From: an uncultured Pseudomonadota bacterium
GTDB taxonomy: Bacteria; Vulcanimicrobiota; Vulcanimicrobiia; Eremiobacterales; Eremiobacteraceae
Length of the DNA: 64,000 nucleotides
Reading direction: 5' to 3'
Assembly: GCA_963736005.1 (NCBI GenBank)
Contig: CAVTNB010000003.1
Span: 64,001-128,000 of the forward strand
The notes under the pieces are model-generated. The model ran no database searches. It worked only from the letters and a program-made list of their open reading frames with translations, and was not told the DNA's origin. The position numbers and the translations under genes are program-made. Positions 56,003 through 64,000 of the stretch are shown piece after piece (the stretch's first letter is position 1; each line of letters starts with the position of its first letter).

Positions 56003-56536
56003 TCAGATGCTGACTTCTCTGGCGGCCTTTGCTGCTTCTGCGTCGCCGGCTTGCACGGCGACGGCGTCTCGAATGTTCGTTGCCTTGTCGATGATGAGGA
56101 TGCCGTCAAGGTGGTCGACTTCATGTTGGATGCAGCGTGCAAGCATGCCGCTCGCTTCCAAGCGGACCTTCTTGCCATGCCGGTCCAAAGCGGCGATCGC
56201 GCAGCTTGCGGCGCGCGTCACGTCGCCGATCTTTCCGGGAATCGAGAGACAGCCTTCGGGGGCGGTTTCTTCACCCTCGAAATTGGTCAGCATCGGATTC
56301 ACGAAAACGTACTGCTTGTGCTCTTCTTCCTCCCCGACGTCGACGACACAAAGCCGTTTGGAAACGCCTACCTGGGGCGCGGCCAAGCCGATGCCTGGTG
56401 CCGCGTACATCGTCTCGAGCATGTCATCGATGAGTTGCTGGGTGAGAGGCAGCCGCAACTCGAGCGCGGTCATCTTCTTGGCGACCTTGCGCAAGACCGG
56501 ATTTGGCTCGACCAGGATGCGTCGACGATATGCCAT
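56003..56536 (-). CDS. def: Peptide deformylase
   Basis: GIGLAAPQVG, EGCLSIPG, QHEVDHLDG. Confidence 0.97.
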   Translation of the reverse strand: MAYRRRILVEPNPVLRKVAKKMTALELRLPLTQQLIDDMLETMYAAPGIGLAAPQVGVSKRLCVVDVGEEEEHKQYVFVNPMLTNFEGEETAPEGCLSIPGKIGDVTRAASCAIAALDRHGKKVRLEASGMLARCIQHEVDHLDGILIIDKATNIRDAVAVQAGDAEAAKAAREVSI

Positions 56537-56541
56537 GCGCG

Positions 56542-57954
<1,413 letters not shown>

Positions 57955-57997
57955 GGGCGCTTGAGGAATTCGCGCCGCGTTCGGGTGATTCCCTGGG

Positions 57998-58870
57998 CTA
58001 CTCGTTCATCGCGCCTGGATGTTCTTCGCTCGCCCAAACCTTTGCTGGGTCTGTTTCAAATGGCCAGACGTGCACCATCCAGTTGTAGATGACGGGGAAG
58101 AATTGTCCGCCGGCCGCTTCACATTGCGTCTGCGTCGTTATCGAACCTGCGAGCCCAAACTGTGGGTTTGGCTGCAGCATTTCTCGCTCCATGCCTTGCG
58201 GGGGCTTACAGAGGTTCACATGCAGGTGCCAGGTGGCCACACCGAGCGGCACCCGGCTGTCCAGTTGATCGAGAGTCGCCGCACGCGGCGCGGTGTACAT
58301 CGCCCCGACCAACTCGTAGCCGCCATCAACCTGCTTGTACATGAGCGAGGTCGGACGGGTGGGATCGAACGAGAATTGGTTCAGGAACGCGTTGCGCATG
58401 TTCGTGAAGTGGTAGATTGCTTGCTTGAACTCCGGATGGAATGGTATATAGCCCGCGGCTTCTGCGGCTTGGTAGTCTTTGTACGGTTCCATTGCTATTT
58501 TCAGAGCAGCGACGATTTGGTTTGCTTTTTCGCGATCTGCGGGGCTGGCCTGGCGCGCTGGCGTCATCTGCATGTGCCCGCCGTGCATGGGCATCGACAT
58601 TGAGTCCATCGATGTGTCGGCGGCTGGGGCGGTCGAGGCGGCGGCTGCGGGCGTTGCCTGCATGCCCGACATGTTCGTCATGGCCACGTCATTGCTAGCG
58701 CCATGGAGCAGCGGACCTTCAGGTCCGCTCTGCATTGCATGCGCCGAGATGCTGCAGTCGTCACCGCAGCCGATTTGGGCTGGAGCCGAATCGTGTGCAA
58801 CGGCGTAGCTTGTGATCGCAGCAGCGAGGGTCAGCGTGACGGCAATGATGGCGGCAGTTGGTAGCTTCAT
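57998..58870 (-). CDS. Secreted Met/His-rich hypothetical protein
   Basis: Signal peptide MKLPTAAIIAVTLTLAAAITSYAVA; MDSMSMPMHGGHMQM linker; PTSLMY..LVGAMY..WHLHVNLC..WMVHVW motifs. Confidence 0.75.
   Translation of the reverse strand: MKLPTAAIIAVTLTLAAAITSYAVAHDSAPAQIGCGDDCSISAHAMQSGPEGPLLHGASNDVAMTNMSGMQATPAAAASTAPAADTSMDSMSMPMHGGHMQMTPARQASPADREKANQIVAALKIAMEPYKDYQAAEAAGYIPFHPEFKQAIYHFTNMRNAFLNQFSFDPTRPTSLMYKQVDGGYELVGAMYTAPRAATLDQLDSRVPLGVATWHLHVNLCKPPQGMEREMLQPNPQFGLAGSITTQTQCEAAGGQFFPVIYNWMVHVWPFETDPAKVWASEEHPGAMNE
58704..58730 (+). repeat. Degenerate family A repeat inside the secreted-protein gene (in-frame)
   Basis: TGGAGCAGCGGACCTTCAGGTCCGCT; encodes SGPEGPLLH on the minus strand. 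Confidence 0.8.
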
Positions 58871-59072
58871 ATATGTATCTCCACGCATAGTATGACGCAA
58901 GTCGAGCTTTTGTGCGCTGTGAAGCAGATAAACATTCGATGAGAACAGGGTGAGAGCGCAAAGCGCGTGAAGGTATGAGGGCTTCTGGGAAATGTCGTCG
59001 CGGCTCTTTAGAGCCGCTACGTATGGTCGCGACGCCCACGCGCGAGGAGCTTCGCGCGGACTACGTGGGAGG

Positions 59073-60218
59073 ATGTCTTTGAACGTTGTCATTCCGAAGG
59101 AGATAACGCCGGGCGAAAACCGCGTCGCCGCCACCCCCGATGTCGTTGGCCGCATGGTCAAAAGCGGCAACCAAGTGTTCGTTCAGCAGGGCGCTGGGCT
59201 CCCCGCTGCCTTCGGGGACGACCAGTACTCCAACGCCGGGGCGACCCTCGTCGACGGAGCACCTTCACTTTTCGCCAAAGCGGGTCTGGTCATCAAAGTG
59301 CAGCGGCCGCAGGATGAGGAGATCTCTCTTTTCCCAGCGGGCAGCGCGTTGATCGCATTCCTCCAGCCGCTTTTTTCTCCCGAACTTGCCGAGAAACTCG
59401 CACAGCAAAACGTTACCGCATTTTCCATGGAGTTGATTCCGCGCATCTCACGAGCGCAGAGCATGGACGCCCTGTCATCACAGGCAACCGTCAGTGGCTA
59501 CAAAGCCGTGCTCCTGGCAGCACAAACGCTTCCTAAGTTCTTCCCCATGCTTATGACCGCCGCAGGAACCATCCCGCCGGCGAAGGTGCTTGTGCTGGGC
59601 GCAGGGGTGGCCGGCTTGCAGGCCATCGCAACGGCGCGGCGCCTTGGAGCGGTCGTGACTGGCTTCGATGTGCGTGCTGCGGTGCGAGAACAGATCGAAA
59701 GCTTAGGAGCGACATTTTTGGGTTCAGCGCCGCACGAAGGCGCGGAGGGCGCGGGCGGCTACGCTAAGGAGCTTTCGCAAGATCAGCAGGCTCGCGATCA
59801 GGAGTTGATCGCTGCAACCGCTGCGGGAATGGACGTGTTGATTACGACCGCCCTCATCCCAGGCAAGCGCGCTCCCCTGCTCATCACCGAGGCAGCCGTG
59901 CGAGGAATGCGACCTGGTTCGGTCATCGTCGACCTCGCCGCGGAGCAGGGGGGCAACACGCAAGGTTGCGAGCCCGGCTCTACGGTTGTGCGCAACGGCG
60001 TGTCGATCATGGCGCCGCTCAACGTCCCAAGCAGCATGCCGCAACACGCGAGCTTCCTCTATGCGCGCAACGTCCTCGCGCTCTTCGATCACCTCGTACG
60101 CAGCGGTGAGCTCAAGGTGGACATGGAGGATGAGATTACCCGCGGTGTCACTGTGACGCGCGACGGCGCGATCGTCAACGAAGCGGTGAAATCGCGTCTT
60201 GCAGGAGCGAGGTCGTAA
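59073..60218 (+). CDS. pntA: NAD(P) transhydrogenase subunit alpha, part 1
   Basis: PKE...E.RVA.TP, PRISRAQSMDALSS, MTAAGT, GAGVAGLQAIATARRLGA, GGYAKE, TALIPG, DLAAEQGGN. Confidence 0.96.
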   Translation: MSLNVVIPKEITPGENRVAATPDVVGRMVKSGNQVFVQQGAGLPAAFGDDQYSNAGATLVDGAPSLFAKAGLVIKVQRPQDEEISLFPAGSALIAFLQPLFSPELAEKLAQQNVTAFSMELIPRISRAQSMDALSSQATVSGYKAVLLAAQTLPKFFPMLMTAAGTIPPAKVLVLGAGVAGLQAIATARRLGAVVTGFDVRAAVREQIESLGATFLGSAPHEGAEGAGGYAKELSQDQQARDQELIAATAAGMDVLITTALIPGKRAPLLITEAAVRGMRPGSVIVDLAAEQGGNTQGCEPGSTVVRNGVSIMAPLNVPSSMPQHASFLYARNVLALFDHLVRSGELKVDMEDEITRGVTVTRDGAIVNEAVKSRLAGARS

Positions 60219-60511
60219 TGCAGCTGCTCTTTAGCGAACTTACCGTCTTCGTCTTGGCCATCTTTGTGGGCTTTGAGGTTATCTCGAAAGTCCCGTCCAT
60301 GTTACACACCCCCCTGATGTCTGCCACCAATGCCATTCACGGCATTGTCGTGGTCGGTGCGATGCTCGTCGCCGGCGCTGCAATTGGTGGCGCGGTTGGC
60401 CACGCGATCGGGCTTGCCGCAATGGTTCTCGCGACCATCAACGTCGTAGGTGGGTTTGCCGTCACCGAACGAATGCTCGAGATGTTCAAAGGGAAGCCGG
60501 GCTCGCGATGA
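60218..60511 (+). CDS. pntA: NAD(P) transhydrogenase subunit alpha, part 2
   Basis: LHTPLMSATNAIHG, NVVGGFAVTERMLEMF. Confidence 0.95.
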   Translation: MQLLFSELTVFVLAIFVGFEVISKVPSMLHTPLMSATNAIHGIVVVGAMLVAGAAIGGAVGHAIGLAAMVLATINVVGGFAVTERMLEMFKGKPGSR

Positions 60512-61908
60512 CGCTGACGCAGGTCATTCTCACCATCGCGTACCTCATTACTGCGATCCTCTTCATTCTGGGGCTCAAGTTCTTGAGCTCGCCGAAATCT
60601 GCTCGTCGCGGCAATATCCTGGCCATGGTTGGTATGCTCATCGCGGTCATTGCGACGGGATTTGATACGCACATTCTTTCCTGGACGGATATCGTCATAG
60701 GGGCAGTCATCGGCGCGCCAATCGGCTTCATTTCTGCTCGACTTGTTAGAATGACGGCGATGCCGCAAATGGTGGCGCTCTTCAATGGTGCCGGTGGCGG
60801 GGCTGCGGCGCTCGTCTCGAGTGGCGAATTTTTACGGCTGCTCAAGAGCGCATCGACGCCTACTTGGGATCTCGTGCTTCCCATCGTGCTCAGTAGCATC
60901 ATTGGTTCGATTAGCTTCTCGGGCAGCATTATCGCGTTTGCCAAGTTGCAAGAGCTCATGACGGGCCGGCCGATTACCTACGTTGGTCAGCAGGTCGTCA
61001 ATGGTGTGGTTTTGCTTGGCATCGTTGGGCTTGCCGGCTTCCTCTTGGCTGGCAACGTTGCTCCGGCGCCCTTCATTGGGCTCGTCGCGGCCGCGCTGCT
61101 GCTGGGAATTTTGAGCGTCCTGCCCATCGGTGGCGCCGACATGCCGGTGGTCATCTCGCTCCTTAACTCGTTCACGGGGCTCGCGGTTGCGATCACCGGG
61201 TTCGCGCTCAATAGCACCGTTCTCATCATTAGCGGTACCTTGGTTGGTGCATCGGGTACCTTCCTCACGATGGCCATGGCAACGGCGATGAATCGCTCGC
61301 TGGGAAACGTCCTTTTTGGGGCTTTCGGCGCGGTGAAGCAGGCCGCCGGAGCTGCGACAGGTACATCAGGTGGCGGCACGGTGCGGTCAGCCTCGGCAGA
61401 CGACGTGGCAACGCTGCTGGCATATTCGCGCAGCGTCATCATCGCGCCGGGGTACGGTATGGCGGTCGCGCAAGCGCAGCACGCCGTGCGTGAATTGGCT
61501 CAAAATCTGGAGAAGCGAGGGGTCGACGTCAAGTTTGCAATTCACCCCGTCGCCGGACGTATGCCGGGCCACATGAACGTCCTGCTCGCCGAAGCCAACG
61601 TTCCGTACGATCAGCTCAAAGAGATGGACGAGATCAATCCGCAGTTCGAGCATGCCGACGTGGCGCTTGTCATCGGCGCCAACGATGTCACCAATCCAGC
61701 GGCACGCAGCGTTGCGAATAGTCCGATCTACGGCATGCCGATTCTCGACGTCGACAAGGCCGCCAACGTCGTCGTACTCAAACGGAGCATGAACCCTGGC
61801 TTTGCGGGCATCGATAACCCGTTGTACGAGAACCCGAAGACGATGATGCTTTTTGGAGACGCAAAGGATTCAGTTTCGAAGCTCGCGTCGGGCGTGGCCG
61901 CCGCCTAG
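60508..61908 (+). CDS. pntB: NAD(P) transhydrogenase subunit beta
   Basis: MTAMPQMVALFNG, IGGADMPVVISLLNS, PGYGMAVAQAQH, HPVAGRMPGHMNVLLAEA, GANDVTNPAA. Confidence 0.97.
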   Translation: MTLTQVILTIAYLITAILFILGLKFLSSPKSARRGNILAMVGMLIAVIATGFDTHILSWTDIVIGAVIGAPIGFISARLVRMTAMPQMVALFNGAGGGAAALVSSGEFLRLLKSASTPTWDLVLPIVLSSIIGSISFSGSIIAFAKLQELMTGRPITYVGQQVVNGVVLLGIVGLAGFLLAGNVAPAPFIGLVAAALLLGILSVLPIGGADMPVVISLLNSFTGLAVAITGFALNSTVLIISGTLVGASGTFLTMAMATAMNRSLGNVLFGAFGAVKQAAGAATGTSGGGTVRSASADDVATLLAYSRSVIIAPGYGMAVAQAQHAVRELAQNLEKRGVDVKFAIHPVAGRMPGHMNVLLAEANVPYDQLKEMDEINPQFEHADVALVIGANDVTNPAARSVANSPIYGMPILDVDKAANVVVLKRSMNPGFAGIDNPLYENPKTMMLFGDAKDSVSKLASGVAAA

Positions 61909-62162
61909 ACCCACTCGATAGCACTGTAGGCACGAGCCGGCGGTCCACCCGCTGCATATCCGATTGTAATTGCACGACGTCGGACTTTATACCAATGATA
62001 TCGGATTTTATGACCTTGATGTCTGACTTTACAATCGCCACGTCAGGACTTCAAGACGGACACGTCAGACGTGAGACGTTCAAAGCTCGCCTCGGTTGCC
62101 TCTTTAAATCCAACCAAGAAGTCCCATACTTCAGCGAGCGTTGGCACGTATTCTCCGGTCAC
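61905..62162 (-). pseudogene. Small coiled-coil protein, paralogue of 29754..30038, interrupted by a +1 frameshift near 62046; 3' end uncertain
   Basis: Manual translation from GTG 62162: MTGEYVPTLAEVWDFLVGFKEATEASFERLTSDVSVLKS, then after the shift DVAIVKSDIKVIKSDIIGIKSDVVQLQSDMQRVDRRL. Confidence 0.7.
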
Positions 62163-62216
62163 CCTTTTAAGATCACGCGACTTGCGCGGGAGGTCTAGGC
62201 TAACCTTGTGGAGTTT

Positions 62217-62308
62217 CGCTACGAACGCGCGAATGAATTCGCGCGACTACATGGGCGAGCGCGAATGAATTCGCCACTACATGGGCGACTTGACAGTCGC
62301 CCGCTACA
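62217..62308 (-). repeat. Tandem cluster of GTAG-tailed repeats (two family B, one family C)
   Basis: CGCGCGAATGAATTCGCGCG-ACTAC, GCGAATGAATTCGC-CACTAC and GGGCGACTTGACAGTCGCCC-GCTAC, each separated by ATGGGCGA. Confidence 0.85.
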
Positions 62309-63410
62309 TTAGGACTTGGGCACTTCGCAGGATTCGAATGCGAAGTCGTAGATCCCGACTCCATACTGCTGCGGAAATAATTTGAGCTCGTGCTTGTTGA
62401 AATGTGCGTTATCCAAGACATCGTAGGCGCGTGGCGCATCGACATGTAACGTACGAAGCACCATTCGCGTCATAGCTTAGGTCCTTGCCTGCATCCTGAT
62501 GGGCAACGGGCTGACCATCTTGGGTCACGTTCACGCGCGCAGCCTTGCCGCTCTCCGGCTTCATTATGACCATGACTTGAATGGCCTGATAATCCATGCT
62601 CAGATAGCCATTATTTCCACCTGAGACCATTGCTTGACCGTCGGCTGACGTGTGCCAATAGCCTTGTAAATACAACTGCCCTGGTTGGTGGTTCGCATGG
62701 GAATCGTCGTAGTTCGTATCGCCCCCATTTGTGTCGTGAAATGCCGGCGCATTGGCGATTACTTGGCCGCGCCACGGGCCGACGAAGATCTCGGGCGTCA
62801 TTGGATAGCACACCGCTCCGGGCTTGGTATAGTTATCTTGCGGCAGCAACGCCATGAGAGCGGGCAGGTGCAGATTTGGGTTTCCCTCCTTGAGAAGCGA
62901 TTGTATCTTTGCTTCTGTATTTTGATAGTTGCCCTCCCCGTGCACAACGTCCACAAGCTGACCGTGCTGGTCAAAGAGGTATTCAGTTGGCCAGGCGTTG
63001 GTACCGTAGCGGTTCCACACGGCATTATTGGGATCGAGGACGACGGGCCAAGTGATACCAAGACGCTTCACCGCGTCGTTAACATTTTGGTTAACACCGG
63101 AGAAGCCAAATTCATTCGTGTGCACGCCGACGATGACAAATCCGTCGTTTTGATAGCGGCTATACCACTCCCGCAGATAGGGCAGCGTGCGCAGACAGTT
63201 AATGCACGTGTACTCCCAAAAATCCACGAGCACAACCTTACCACGCAGACTCTCAGGCGTCAGAGGCTGGCTATTAATCCAGCCAGTGTTGCCGTCAAAA
63301 CTCGACAGTGACGTCGTCTCTGACGCGCCGTAGCCGCTCCTCGTAAGCGTAGCACTGGCGATGATGACCGCAACAAGAACAAGGGTGATTCGTCTGTGAA
63401 AGTGTTGCAT
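62309..63410 (-). CDS. Secreted thioredoxin-like redoxin (DipZ C-terminal type) with an apparent +1 frameshift near 62445
   Basis: WINSQPL, GKVVLVDFWEYTCINC, VGVHT.EF, AWPTEYL, GEGNY. The shifted tail reads VDAPRAYDVL..HELKL..GIYDFAFESCEVPKS*. Confidence 0.85.
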
Positions 63411-63512
63411 TTTCTGTGAGCCTATCTCGAGCGAGTGTCGAGGTCGAGCGCATTTTGACGACCCGGAGCACATTTCGACGGTTCGCTCTTGGTTCCCGGC
63501 TCGCATCACAAC

Positions 63513-63540
63513 AAAAAAGAGCTCCCGAATTTGGGAGCCC
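63513..63540 (-). terminator. Rho-independent terminator
   Basis: Minus strand GGGCTCCC-AAATTC-GGGAGCTC followed by TTTTTTG. Confidence 0.7.
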
Positions 63541-64000
63541 TCGATGGCGTCGCCGCGCGGTGGTGAAACCAGAGGCTGAACTTCAATTGGAAGAACGCAC
63601 TTGAGGATCGGGTTCGGATTGGCGCCTCCATCGCGTTTGGTTAAACGGGATGAACGCGCGCCCGTTCCAGGCTTCTCGAGCGTGACGCTCGGCATCGGCT
63701 CGCCTACGTCCACGTTCCCTGAGCAAACACAACCAGCAACACTAAGAGAGCGATGCGGAGCGACTTTTGTTCATGACATGCTCCCTTTGGGGTCTGATGT
63801 GCCAGAGAAGCTGAAAACCGTGCGCGGCTCCTCTGACGCGTCCGCACGCTAAGCAGAATAAAACATGGCGTGGCCGATTGTCCGGGTCGTGAACGTTTGG
63901 ATTTATTCATGCACATTATGACGAACGGTTACATGGTTAAAAGAGGGCCTGATACGGGGGAGCCGCAAGAATCTTTCAACACGCAACAATGAGAAAGTGT

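Noticed and set aside
59073..60511. Split pntA as a frameshift
   Set aside because: The three-gene alpha1/alpha2/beta organisation with overlapping stop/start codons is a normal arrangement in many bacteria.

Overview
GC-rich bacterial chromosomal window, mostly housekeeping genes on the minus strand. The gene mix (Bacillus-type dapG-asd-dapB, pcrA, FHA-PP2C-RodA, plus an outer-membrane secretin) suggests a diderm Terrabacteria lineage such as Ca. Eremiobacterota; this is inference only. Contents in order: purM (partial), pepA, a large purine operon (purB, purC-purE fusion, purL, purQ, DUF3311 + SSS transporter, double-domain purS, two purP-like genes, guaA, purD, purF), holA, mtnA, the riboflavin operon, comF, sugar nucleotidyl- and glycosyltransferases, lysine/serine synthesis genes, pcrA, an HtrA-like protease, a patch of hypothetical genes, tRNA-Glu and tRNA-Gln preceded by an HNH endonuclease gene, dapD, secretin, rodA, PP2C, FHA, rsmB-fmt-def, hslU, pntAB and a DipZ-like redoxin. 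Most notable: (1) a mosaic purine pathway with two archaeal-type formate-dependent PurP paralogues, an animal-PAICS-like PurC/class II PurE fusion, a tandem PurS and a translationally coupled monocarboxylate-type transporter; (2) three families of GTAG-tailed palindromic repeats that supply stop codons and sit in-frame inside at least two proteins; (3) an HNH nuclease with duplicated N-terminal repeats abutting or overlapping a tRNA pair; (4) two paralogous small coiled-coil genes with a shared N-terminal motif but different heptad repeats. At least six apparent single-base (+1) frameshifts, one in essential holA, probably reflect sequencing or assembly error.
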